Below are positions 9,502 through 18,609 of a stretch of DNA of 32,000 nt, one piece after another. Positions within the stretch are counted from its first letter, which is position 1. Each line of letters opens with the position of its first letter. The DNA lies in NCBI RefSeq assembly GCF_000025945.1, contig NC_006138.1, positions 2,640,001-2,672,000 on the forward strand, written 5' to 3'. The position numbers were made by a program, and so were the translations under genes. Source of the DNA: Desulfotalea psychrophila LSv54 (GTDB taxonomy: Bacteria > Desulfobacterota > Desulfobulbia > Desulfobulbales > Desulfocapsaceae). The notes under the pieces were generated by a model that was not told the origin of the DNA, made no database searches, and saw only the letters and a program-made list of their open reading frames with translations.

Positions 9502-10137
9502 TTACCGAATAAAATTGGTCATAATTTTCTCTACTGGTTCAGGGGCGGGGATGTGCTCTTTTCCGTGTTCAATAAGCCTCATAATCCAGGCCATGTTTTT
9601 GCCTAGCACCTCCATTACCTGCTTACCTTCGCCATCCTGCTCCATTTCTCCAGGCTTAAGGCCATGGGCCACATTCCAATAGTTCGAGGATGGCATAATC
9701 ATCTCAGAGTAGTTAATATAATGATTTAACGTGTCAACTACGGGAATCCCGCCGGATCGCCTGACCGCAGCCACAGCAGCTCCGACCTTATGCCGGAAGA
9801 GATTTCCATTGACCGAAGAAACGAAAAAAGCTCTATCAAGAAAGGATTTCATTGTCCCTGCCACACCGGCAAAATGGACAGGAGATCCAAGCAGAATCCC
9901 ATCGGCCGCCTTCATCTTCTGAATCCATTCATTGACTGGATCGTTTTTTATGGCACACGCTTCATTTTGATTTTTCACACAGCCGTAACAGGCAATGCAG
10001 CCCTGTATTTTTTTCTTGCCGACATGAATCATTTCCGTCTCAATCCCAGCACCTTCCAGCTGATCAAGAACTATCTGCAATGAACAAGCGGTATTCCCTT
10101 CTTTATTAGGGCTGCCGTTAAATGCAATAACTTTCAA
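9502..10137 (-). CDS. flavodoxin-like FMN reductase / iron-sulfur-flavoprotein family
   Basis: LKVIAFNGSPNKEGNT; GCIACYGCVKN; ADGILLGSPVHFAGVAGTMKSFLDR. Start placed at TTG 10137 because of an AGGAG sequence 7 nt upstream; the track ORF to 10233 is longer. Confidence 0.85.
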   Translation of the reverse strand: MKVIAFNGSPNKEGNTACSLQIVLDQLEGAGIETEMIHVGKKKIQGCIACYGCVKNQNEACAIKNDPVNEWIQKMKAADGILLGSPVHFAGVAGTMKSFLDRAFFVSSVNGNLFRHKVGAAVAAVRRSGGIPVVDTLNHYINYSEMIMPSSNYWNVAHGLKPGEMEQDGEGKQVMEVLGKNMAWIMRLIEHGKEHIPAPEPVEKIMTNFIR

Positions 10138-10319
10138 TTGTATTCTCCTTTTTTCTAGATTAGTTCCTACTCTGGCAAGTTCCTGTTCTGCTTGCATTGC
10201 ATCGAGCCGCCCCTTACGACGGAGATGGGACAAGCATTACAGGCCTCGTATTCAAGAATCTGGCCTTCCTTTTTTTCACACTTTTTTATACCGAACGGTA
10301 TATTTTATAACAAAAAAAA

Positions 10320-10904
10320 TTACATCTTTCTGATAAGATCCTCTATATAGCCCAGAGCGTTTTCAATATAGCTTTTGTCTTGTGTTACTTTACTCATGGC
10401 AAAACCACCTTCAACAAGACAGATGAGTATATAAGCTGTTTGAGAGGCATTCGTCTTTTTAGAAAATTCCCCCTCACTCATTCCGTCTTCAATAAAGGAA
10501 ATTATTGATTGCCTCCATGAGGCAATAGTCTTCTGCACTGCGACTTGCAACTGTTCATTCACATCATAACTGTCAACAGCAGTGTTAAGAACAGGACAGC
10601 CACCATTATGGAGGATATGTTGATGAATGGCCAGGTACGTTTTTGGGTATGCAAGCAACTTTCCACGGTTAGTTTTTGCAGCCAAAATATTGTCCTGCAA
10701 GGCATTATAAACAAAGAGCACATTATATTTGTACGCACACAATGCGACCTCATCTTTGTTTTTAAAATTACCGTATATAGAACCCTTAGTCAGCCCTGTC
10801 GCATCGACAAGATCTTTAAGGCTGGTTGCGGCATAACCCTTTTTATTAAAAACCGGAGCTACTTGCTCAATAACAAATTGTTTAGTCTTTTCTGCTTTAC
10901 TCAT
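10320..10904 (-). CDS. TetR/AcrR family transcriptional regulator
   Basis: N-terminal HTH KGYAATSLKDLVDATGLTKGSIYGNFKNKDEV. Start placed at MSKAEKTKQ (10904) rather than track start 10934. Confidence 0.9.
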   Translation of the reverse strand: MSKAEKTKQFVIEQVAPVFNKKGYAATSLKDLVDATGLTKGSIYGNFKNKDEVALCAYKYNVLFVYNALQDNILAAKTNRGKLLAYPKTYLAIHQHILHNGGCPVLNTAVDSYDVNEQLQVAVQKTIASWRQSIISFIEDGMSEGEFSKKTNASQTAYILICLVEGGFAMSKVTQDKSYIENALGYIEDLIRKM

Positions 10905-11032
10905 GGCTAAATTTAACATTAAGAAGGAGATCAAAACAGCTCAAGCTGTAAAACAATCGAGTTCCCCCGAAAGATAGATCGATAATTTTACTAAAAAACT
11001 GGAAGCACAACCGTAACAACAAGCCGGCCCCC

Positions 11033-11515
11033 TTACCCGAGCAAGCTCTTACTAGCCGCAGCTATTTGCAACTGACTGAAGACCTCAATGCCGTTGGCCC
11101 TGAGGAGGGCTGCAGTAACGCCCATTCCGGTTTTTTTAAGAGCAGAAAAGCTACCGTCATAGATGCTGCTGCTCCCGCAGGAAGGGCTCGACTCTGCCAG
11201 GATGGCAATCCTGATATCCCGTTGCAGACAGAGGGACAAAGCGGCCTCTGCCCCCGCAATAAAATAGGAGGAGACATCTTGGCCTGTATTTTCCTGGACC
11301 CGGGCCCGCCCGCCCAGCACGGCCACTCCATCACCGCCTAGGATTTCAGAGGGGTTTCGGGGAGTAGACATCCCGGAAATCACCTCAGGACAGACAGCCA
11401 CAACCCGCCCCTCCTCCAGCCAGCGATCCATGGTTTCATTATCCATGGCCAATGAGCCACCATTATACCTCACCTTCTGCCCAAGCAAACAGGCGCTTAC
11501 CAATATCTCTTTCAT
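11033..11515 (-). CDS. DUF523 domain-containing protein
   Basis: MKEILVSACLLGQKVRYNGG...VVAVCPEVISGMSTPRNP...SPSCGSSSIYDG. Confidence 0.85.
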   Translation of the reverse strand: MKEILVSACLLGQKVRYNGGSLAMDNETMDRWLEEGRVVAVCPEVISGMSTPRNPSEILGGDGVAVLGGRARVQENTGQDVSSYFIAGAEAALSLCLQRDIRIAILAESSPSCGSSSIYDGSFSALKKTGMGVTAALLRANGIEVFSQLQIAAASKSLLG

Positions 11516-11597
11516 AAATCTCATAAAACTTAATAGGATAAAAAAAGCTGCAGAGGATCACCCTCCACAGCTCACACTTCTCTTCTTTAAGGGAGGC

Positions 11598-12190
11598 CTA
11601 TACTTCGTTTTCCCAATCACCGATAATAGAACCGGGCAGAGCACTGAGATCTATCCGCCGCGCCTCGGCAATACCAGCTTGCAGGGCATCACGGTTCATA
11701 TTCTCTGTACCCTTGGGCACCCGGCTCAGGAGGGCCATTTCCAGATGTTTCAGATCAACCTGACCTGAGAGATATCCGACGGCACCAAGGGCCACCATAT
11801 TGGCCACCAACTCACGGCCGATATCCTGTCTGGCAATTTTAGTAAAGGGAATAGCCACCGCCCGACTGGTGGGAATTTGCTCCACATAGGTGGAATCAAC
11901 CACCAAAAGGCCATCGGTCTTTGTCTCATAAAAATAGGCATCACAGGCCGCCTGAGTCATGGCCAAAAGCAGATCCACCTGAAGTGCCTTCGGGTAATCA
12001 ATGGGTTCATTTGAGATGACAAGCTCTGCCTTACTCTTACCACCTCGGGCCTCCGGACCATAGCTCTGCGTTTGACAGACATGTTTACCATCATAGGCAC
12101 CGACGGCATCGGCCATGACAACGGCGGCGGTGATAATACCCTGGCCCCAGAACCACTAAAACGAATTTCATAACGGGAGTTTATGTTCAT
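11598..12190 (-). pseudogene. korC: 2-oxoacid:ferredoxin oxidoreductase gamma subunit, apparent -1 frameshift near the N-terminus (disrupted gene or sequencing error)
   Basis: Frame 1 encodes MNINSRYEIRFSGSG from 12190; the other frame continues ...GIITAAVVMADAVGAYDGKHVCQTQSYGPEARGG. The frames join at a CCCC run at 12145-12148 (+ strand); a fifth C restores GSGGQGIITAA. Confidence 0.85.
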
Positions 12191-13026
12191 TATTTCATCT
12201 CCTTCTGGCTTTCCCTACGCAGACGGTCATACTCCTCTGTCAGTACCGGTTTATCCAGATCACAGAGTACACCGATGGAAAATTTACCCTCCATCTCTTC
12301 AGGACTCATCTTTGCGGCCTGGGCGACGGTAACTGCATTTTCCTTATAGGATTGAATCATGGTGGCGGCACTGCCGAGTTTATTCCTGCGGCCATGCTGA
12401 ACATGACAGTTGGAGATAATTTCCACCACAGAAAAGCCCCGCTTGCTGATGGCCTTTTTTATAATACCATCCAACTGGGCAGCATGATAAACGGTGCCGC
12501 GGGCAACAAAGGCTGCCCCCGCCGTTACCGCCAGCTCAGCAATATTAAAAGAGTGCTCCACATGACCATATACAGAGGTCGTTGACTTACTTCCATATGG
12601 GGTGGTCGGTGAATACTGACCACCGGTCATGCCGTAGGTACTGTTATTGACAATAATGGCAGTGATATCAAGATTGCGACGGGCGGCATGGATAAAGTGG
12701 TTGCCCCCAATTGCGGTGGCATCACCATCACCCATAATGGTAATAACATTAAGTTCCGGCTTAGCAAGTTTTATGCCCGTGGAAAAGGTCAGGGCCCGGC
12801 CATGGGTTGTATGCATGGTATTAAAATCTACATAGGTAGTCATCCGGCCTGAACAGCCTATACCCGAGGCCAGAACAATGTCATCCTTGGGAATTTGCAA
12901 ACCATGAATGGCCCTAAGGAGGGAGCCAAGAACAATCCCATTACCACAACCCGGACACCAGACATGGGGAAACTTCTTATTATGCCGTAAATATTCCTGG
13001 CGAATAACTTCTGCGCTTTCCAACAT
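12190..13026 (-). CDS. korB: 2-oxoacid:ferredoxin oxidoreductase beta subunit
   Basis: HVWCPGCGNGIVLGSLLRAI; ASGIGCSGR; NVITIMGDGDATAIGGNHFIHAARRN; NSTYGMTGGQYSPTTP. The stop overlaps the next ATG (TAATG) at 12190. Confidence 0.93.
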   Translation of the reverse strand: MLESAEVIRQEYLRHNKKFPHVWCPGCGNGIVLGSLLRAIHGLQIPKDDIVLASGIGCSGRMTTYVDFNTMHTTHGRALTFSTGIKLAKPELNVITIMGDGDATAIGGNHFIHAARRNLDITAIIVNNSTYGMTGGQYSPTTPYGSKSTTSVYGHVEHSFNIAELAVTAGAAFVARGTVYHAAQLDGIIKKAISKRGFSVVEIISNCHVQHGRRNKLGSAATMIQSYKENAVTVAQAAKMSPEEMEGKFSIGVLCDLDKPVLTEEYDRLRRESQKEMK

Positions 13027-13208
13027 ATTTCACTCCTTCACAGATCCTCTGATTGAGGATAAATTGAAGGGAACCTTGAAAAATGGGCCTCTCTTTAAAG
13101 TTCAACCTTATTATGCCTCACAATCGAGGCCAGGCTGAGCTTTATCGAAATTTTCATTTTTTCAAACTACCCTGAAACTAAAGAAATAGCATGTACTCTC
13201 GCAAGTCA

Positions 13209-14354
13209 CTACTGAAGGTTCACCAGCTTATGGAGAATCTCCTCTGGAGTGATCAGGGTGCCGTCAACCTTATTGAGTTTGACTACCCGGGCATCACCTG
13301 GATTAACCCGGCTCACCTCACGGCTTATCTGACCGAAATTCATCTCTGGCACGATCACAGTCCGACACTGCCTGAGAGCCGCATCAACCACCCTTCTGGG
13401 AAAGGGAAAGAGCGTTACGAGCTGGATCAGACCCGCCTTCACGCCCTGCTGCCGAGCCTCCTTTACCGCCCTCTGGGCAGATCTGGACACAGATCCATAG
13501 GCAATGACGCAAATTTCCGCATCTTCCATCTCAAATGCCTTATGGAGAACAATCTCAGAAAAGCCCTTGGTGATCTTCTCATGAATACGGGTGAGAAACT
13601 GCTTTACCTCCTGAGGTTTTTGGGTAGGAAAACCCTTCTCATCATGAACAAGACCCGTTACATGATGCCGATAACCATCACCAAAGGAGGCCATATCAGG
13701 AACACTGCGATTATTATTGGCATAGGGTTTATACCAATCACTGGGGACAGTGGGAGCAATCCGATCAAAAATAAGCAGCTCTTCCGGGGATGGCAGATTA
13801 ACCGACTCCCGGGTATGACCCACCACCTCATCGGAGAGGATGATAACAGGGGTTCTAAATTTTTCGGCAATATTAAAGGCCTTTACTGTTATGGAAAAAC
13901 ACTCGCTCACCGAAGAAACCGAGAGAACCACAATGGGGTGATCGCCATGGGTGCCCCAGCGGGCCATCTGCACATCTCCCTGGGCAACACAGGTGGGCAG
14001 GCCAGTACTAGGCCCACCGCGCATGACATTAACCACAACACAGGGGGCCTCGGTAATACAGGCATAGCCCAGATTTTCCTGGATAAGGGAAAAACCGGGA
14101 CCACTGGTGGCAGTCATGGCCTTTGCTCCGGCCAGAGAGGCACCGACAATGGCCCCCATGGAGGCAATCTCATCTTCCATCTGAATAAAGGTGCCACCTT
14201 CCTGGGGTAACTTTTCCGAGAGTACTTCGCTTATTTCAGTAGCTGGGGTTATGGGATAGCCGGCAAAGAAATTACAGCCGGCAGCAAGGGCACCATAGGC
14301 TATAGCCTCATTCCCCTGAAGCAAAACACGTTTTTGTCCATCAGCGTTTTCCAT
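13209..14354 (-). CDS. korA: 2-oxoacid:ferredoxin oxidoreductase alpha subunit
   Basis: LLQGNEAIAYGALAAGCNFFAGYPITPATEISEVLSEKLP; SGPGFSLIQENLGYACITEAPCVVVNVMRGGPSTG; GDHPIVVLS. Confidence 0.93.
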   Translation of the reverse strand: MENADGQKRVLLQGNEAIAYGALAAGCNFFAGYPITPATEISEVLSEKLPQEGGTFIQMEDEIASMGAIVGASLAGAKAMTATSGPGFSLIQENLGYACITEAPCVVVNVMRGGPSTGLPTCVAQGDVQMARWGTHGDHPIVVLSVSSVSECFSITVKAFNIAEKFRTPVIILSDEVVGHTRESVNLPSPEELLIFDRIAPTVPSDWYKPYANNNRSVPDMASFGDGYRHHVTGLVHDEKGFPTQKPQEVKQFLTRIHEKITKGFSEIVLHKAFEMEDAEICVIAYGSVSRSAQRAVKEARQQGVKAGLIQLVTLFPFPRRVVDAALRQCRTVIVPEMNFGQISREVSRVNPGDARVVKLNKVDGTLITPEEILHKLVNLQ

Positions 14355-14685
14355 CGGTACTCCTCCTCGTATCTTTTCTCTTTTTCACAGTTATTGCAAA
14401 ATCAGGGCAGTGAATCTCACAAATTCGGCAACCGATACAGGCATCAGGATTTTCCACCCGGGGCTTTCCTGTTTCGTCTGTACTTATTACCTGCTTAGGA
14501 CAGAGAGCAGAGCAGAGGCCACATGATTTACACCACTCATAGAAGAACTTTACACTATACAGGATTCGCTTCTTCTCTTTCGGGGCTACGGAGCCTGTCT
14601 CTTTGGCAGGGACTTCACTCTTTTTGGCTTTTGCACCTTTTTGAGGGGCAGAAGCTTTGGGAGACGCAGAAACTTTTTTTTCCAT
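14341..14685 (-). CDS. korD: 2-oxoacid:ferredoxin oxidoreductase delta (2x[4Fe-4S] ferredoxin) subunit
   Basis: CKSCGLCSALCPKQV and CIGCRICEIHCPDFAI. Start placed at MEKKVSAS (14685); the track ORF starts at 14739. Confidence 0.88.
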   Translation of the reverse strand: MEKKVSASPKASAPQKGAKAKKSEVPAKETGSVAPKEKKRILYSVKFFYEWCKSCGLCSALCPKQVISTDETGKPRVENPDACIGCRICEIHCPDFAITVKKRKDTRRSTDGKR

Positions 14686-14894
14686 TTTTCCCTCAAACAG
14701 CGTTAAAGGTAGATAAAAAACACTTACAGAACAGCGCATTCACAAACTTCATCTAAAATTTTTACTATAACAGGAGGTAGTGTCAACAAGAATAGCACAG
14801 GAAGACAAAAAAGAGGGGTATTCTATCAATAAAACAGGGCAAGCTCTCTGGAAGAGACCACCCTGTAAAATCACACCTACAATGAGCAGACCTG

Positions 14895-16085
14895 CTAAGG
14901 CTGAACAAGTCTATCCCTTCCCGCCTTGAGGACAAAGAAGAAAAGGAGAATATTGGAGGCGACAAGAATAAGAATGGGAATATCCCACGAGCCAGTTACC
15001 TCATACACTACTCCCAACAGGATCGGCCCTATTGCGGCAAAGAGATAACCCGCCGACTGAGCCATACCGGACAGCTCTGCTGCCAGCCGGGCATGGGGCG
15101 TACGCAAAGAGATAAAGGCAATAGCCAAACTAATGCTCCCGCCCTGACCAATGCTGAGAAGGATTATAGAACAGATAAGGACAGGCTTGGTGGTCGCATA
15201 AAAGAGGAGTAACATGCCAACAAGATAGATCGTGGCCTTAACGGTACCAATGAGCCTCTGATTTTTAAATTTATCGGCAATAATCGGAATAACAAGGGTT
15301 GCCGGCAGACCCACCAGTTGAAAGGTGAGGGCCATTGTCCCGGCAAAACTACTCTCCATGCCCCTTGCCATAATTATAGAGGGAAGCCAGGCAACCAGAG
15401 AATAAAAAAGCAGGGATTGGATTCCCATAAAAAGGGTTACCCACCAGGCCATGGGCGAGGTCCAAATAGATTTTTCGCTAGGAGGAGCACTAGCTCCATT
15501 GGAGTTCGTTCGATCAGCATCTGCCTTTTTAAGCTGAGGCAGCCAGACAATAATGGTAAAAACAACGAGGATAGCCCAAAGGGCAAGACCATGTCGCCAA
15601 CCGAAACCATAGCCAGAAGCCATGGGCACACTTAGCCCGGCCCCCACCGCTGCAAAGACACACATACTGGTGGTATAGATACTGGTTAGTCTGCCAACAT
15701 GAGTGGAGAATTTTTGCTTTATTATAGAGGGGATAAGGACATTACCTATGGCAATACCCAGGCCCATCAGAGCTGTGCCGACAAAGAGGCCAGAAGAGTT
15801 GGTATAGGATCGAACTAACTCCCCGACAAAAATAAAAATAAGTCCAAAGAGCATGGTATAGCCAGAGCCAAATCTCTTACTTATCTTAGACACAAAGGGA
15901 GAAAAGAGAGCAAATGCCAGCAGTGGAAGGGTGGTGATAAATCCTGCCTGGACATTATTAAGCCCCAGATCTTCCTTGATAAGATCAATAATAGGGCCGA
16001 CGCCTGTAATGGGAGCCCGAAGGTTAAAGGCTATAAAGATAATACCTATTACCAGGACAACACGAGGGGAAAATATTTTTTTCAT
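14895..16085 (-). CDS. MFS transporter, CynX/NimT-like
   Basis: MKKIFSPRVVLVIGIIFIAFNLRAPITGVGPIIDLIKEDLGLNNVQAGFITTLPLLAFALFSP, multiple TM segments. Start placed at 16085; the track start 16301 lies inside the regulator gene. Confidence 0.88.
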   Translation of the reverse strand: MKKIFSPRVVLVIGIIFIAFNLRAPITGVGPIIDLIKEDLGLNNVQAGFITTLPLLAFALFSPFVSKISKRFGSGYTMLFGLIFIFVGELVRSYTNSSGLFVGTALMGLGIAIGNVLIPSIIKQKFSTHVGRLTSIYTTSMCVFAAVGAGLSVPMASGYGFGWRHGLALWAILVVFTIIVWLPQLKKADADRTNSNGASAPPSEKSIWTSPMAWWVTLFMGIQSLLFYSLVAWLPSIIMARGMESSFAGTMALTFQLVGLPATLVIPIIADKFKNQRLIGTVKATIYLVGMLLLFYATTKPVLICSIILLSIGQGGSISLAIAFISLRTPHARLAAELSGMAQSAGYLFAAIGPILLGVVYEVTGSWDIPILILVASNILLFFFVLKAGRDRLVQP

Positions 16086-16092
16086 TGTGACT

Positions 16093-16752
16093 CTAGTGGA
16101 GGGAAAGAATTTGATTAAGAAGGGTAACTGCCTGCCTGCCGTCTCTGTCTGTAATCGCCTGAAAAAGCTCCTTATGGAGCTGCGAGAACTCCACCTCTTG
16201 TCTATCGCCAAGACAGACCTTCTGCTCAACAGAGATACAGATAAACTTAGAGATCGAGCTGTAGAGATCGTAAAGAATTGTGTTACCGGCAGCCCTGGCA
16301 ATTGTCAGGTGAAATTCGATATCTGCCTCGCCATACTCTTTTGAGGAGAAGTGAGCAGAGTTCCTCGCCAACAGGGCCCTCTCAATACGAACAAGATCTG
16401 CCGCGGTACGTCTTTGGGCGGCAAGCTGGACAATTTCCCGTTCGATTACAAGGCGCGCCTCATCCACCTCACTCTCCCGAGAGCCACTTAAGCGATTGAA
16501 GATATTACCCTCGAATCTGCCGGAGGAGACAACATAGGTACCATCTCCCTGGCGTGCCTCAAGGACACCCGCCTGAATCAGTGATTGAATCGCCTCCCGT
16601 ATGGTATTTCTGCTGACAGAAAATTGCCGGACAAGATCTGGCTCCGAGGGAATCTTACTACCAAGCTTAAGATCACCACTTTGAATGTTTTCCTCTATCT
16701 GCTGAGATATCTGCTTAGGCAGGGACTGTTTTATAGGACGTGCAAGTTTCAC
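16093..16752 (-). CDS. GntR-family (FadR subfamily) transcriptional regulator
   Basis: wHTH LPKQISQQIEENIQSGDLKLGSKIPSEPDLVRQFSVSRNTIREAIQSLIQAGVLEARQGDGTYV plus a FadR-type C-terminal domain. Confidence 0.93.
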   Translation of the reverse strand: MKLARPIKQSLPKQISQQIEENIQSGDLKLGSKIPSEPDLVRQFSVSRNTIREAIQSLIQAGVLEARQGDGTYVVSSGRFEGNIFNRLSGSRESEVDEARLVIEREIVQLAAQRRTAADLVRIERALLARNSAHFSSKEYGEADIEFHLTIARAAGNTILYDLYSSISKFICISVEQKVCLGDRQEVEFSQLHKELFQAITDRDGRQAVTLLNQILSLH

Positions 16753-16775
16753 TCTCTCTCCTTATAGGATTTCTA

Positions 16776-16796
16776 CTTGTCCAATGTTTGGACAAG
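16776..16796. promoter_or_regulatory. candidate operator of the adjacent GntR/FadR regulator
   Basis: Perfect inverted repeat CTTGTCCAA-TGT-TTGGACAAG, 23 nt upstream of the regulator start. Confidence 0.65.
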
Positions 16797-17167
16797 CGAA
16801 GATAGCTATGGAGAATGGACAAGTCAATGAATATTTTATAAAAATAGCCACCGACGTTACAGTGGCAGGGGAGTGGTGAGAGTCTTTTAAGAGATCGTTC
16901 TGACAGAAGAAGAGTTGCAAGAGAGGGCCAAAGGCTCTTACCTTCCCCTTGCCTATTTTCTACCCAGGTAATAATTTTACCGGGTAATTTCTATCCATCC
17001 TCCCCTCTCGCCACTCTGCTCGCAAATGTTCTATTAACGGCAAAAGGATTTTTTTGCCGTAATTACAGTTACTTTCAACTGTACACAAATATGGAATAAA
17101 ACTTGCAATAACCTCACTTATATCAACACGAACTACGTTAACAACACAATAAGAAAGGAAAAAAATC

Positions 17168-17500
17168 ATGAAAAGATCATTGATCAGTCCATTTATCGCG
17201 GTAACATATATCACGGTGGCCATCACGGGAATCCTGATGATGTTTCACCTCAGAATACAGGGAATAGGTGCCCTGCATCAATGGGGTGGCGTGCTTTTCA
17301 TTATTGGAGGTATGATTCATCTCAGTTTGAACTGGCGGGTGTTTACCTCATATTTCAAAAGTAACAGGTCAGTTTTGAGTGTATGCGCAGGAGTTCTGGC
17401 CCTGCTCCTCATTCTTCTTGTAGCTCCACACCAGGAGCATAGGAGGGGGCAGCAGGGTGGCATGATCCATAAGGTTTTTTACGAAAGGCACCATCGATAA
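17168..17500 (+). CDS. DUF4405-like membrane protein
   Basis: Three TM segments with conserved-looking His (LHQWGGVLFIIGGMIHLSLNW); ribosome-binding-like AGAAAGGAAAA upstream. Confidence 0.75.
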   Translation: MKRSLISPFIAVTYITVAITGILMMFHLRIQGIGALHQWGGVLFIIGGMIHLSLNWRVFTSYFKSNRSVLSVCAGVLALLLILLVAPHQEHRRGQQGGMIHKVFYERHHR

Positions 17501-17644
17501 AAAGAAAGTACGGGACGATAAAAAGGCCAGGATTTCAAACAAAATTTAAGCCAGAAAGATCGTTCCTATTCCATCTACTCTCTTCAGCGCTTGGGCTCCA
17601 GCCTCGGTAAAGGCCGATACGATCTCCCCGCTTGGTCCCCATGC

Positions 17645-18607
17645 CTAAGCATCGTCTCCAGCGAACGCCCGAAAGGTCTCCATGGCAAAGAGGGCTCTTG
17701 CAGACGGGCTTCTTCTCTTCTGTCCTTCCCCATCGATGAGATCAACCCGGGGCTGAAGGCCATAGCCGTTGGCAACCTGAATGGCGAGGCCGGGCCTGGC
17801 GTTCAGCTCCAGAATCATGGGGCCCTTATTCATATCCAGGACGATATCCACCCCGAGGTAACCGAGACCGGTGATTTCATAACACCTGGCGGCCAAATCT
17901 ACAAAGGCAGACCAATCAGGAACCGAAAAGGTGGAGAGGTCTTTGCCGGTATCCGGATGACGAGTCACAGGACGGTCAAACTGAACGGCCTTGAGGGCAT
18001 GGCCGGTGCCGATATCGATACCCACTCCCACGGCGCCCTGGTGCAGGTTGGCCTTGCCATCCGAATCTTCTGTGGAGAGACGGGTCATGGCCATTATCGG
18101 GTATCCCTTGTAGACAATGACGCGGATATCGGGCACGCCCTGGTAAGAAAAGCCTGTAAAGGCAGAGGAGAACTCAACCATCTCCTCAATCATGGCCACG
18201 TCGTTATTACCACCAAGGCTGAAGAGACCACTGAGGGTGTTCGAGGCATGACGTTTAACCTCCTGAAGGGTGACCCTCGCCCCGCCTGGTTTGAGGAACG
18301 CCTTACCGTCGCGTCCGCCGATGACGAGGATCCCCTTACCACCACTGCCCCGGGCCGGTTTGATGACAAAGGGAGGACAGGTTTCCAGAAATGCTTCAAG
18401 CTCCCTGACATTGCCCTGGGTCTTAACCACCCCGAGAAGCCTGGGCGCGGAGATCCCGGCCTTTGCCAGAATTACCTTGGTCTTCAGTTTGTCATCCACC
18501 AAGGGATAGAGTTTTCTCGGGTTGTTTTGCGCGATCAGAACCACATTGCGTCTGTTCATACCCACAATACCGGCCTTTTTCAGTTGGGCGGGAGAGGCAA
18601 AAAACAT
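17645..18607 (-). CDS. alpha-L-glutamate ligase-like ATP-grasp protein (RimK-like)
   Basis: NPRKLYPLVDDKLKTKVILAKAGISAPRL; FVIKPARGSGGKGILVI; YLGVDIVLDMNKGPMILELNARPGLAIQVAN. Confidence 0.88.
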   Translation of the reverse strand: MFFASPAQLKKAGIVGMNRRNVVLIAQNNPRKLYPLVDDKLKTKVILAKAGISAPRLLGVVKTQGNVRELEAFLETCPPFVIKPARGSGGKGILVIGGRDGKAFLKPGGARVTLQEVKRHASNTLSGLFSLGGNNDVAMIEEMVEFSSAFTGFSYQGVPDIRVIVYKGYPIMAMTRLSTEDSDGKANLHQGAVGVGIDIGTGHALKAVQFDRPVTRHPDTGKDLSTFSVPDWSAFVDLAARCYEITGLGYLGVDIVLDMNKGPMILELNARPGLAIQVANGYGLQPRVDLIDGEGQKRRSPSARALFAMETFRAFAGDDA

Positions 18608-18609
18608 AC

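Noticed and set aside
13191-14210. 339-aa plus-strand ORF
   Set aside because: It is fully antisense to the well-supported korA gene and has no recognisable family motifs; a shadow ORF.
15931-16344. 137-aa plus-strand ORF across the MFS/GntR junction
   Set aside because: It overlaps two strongly supported minus-strand genes; translation has no family signal.
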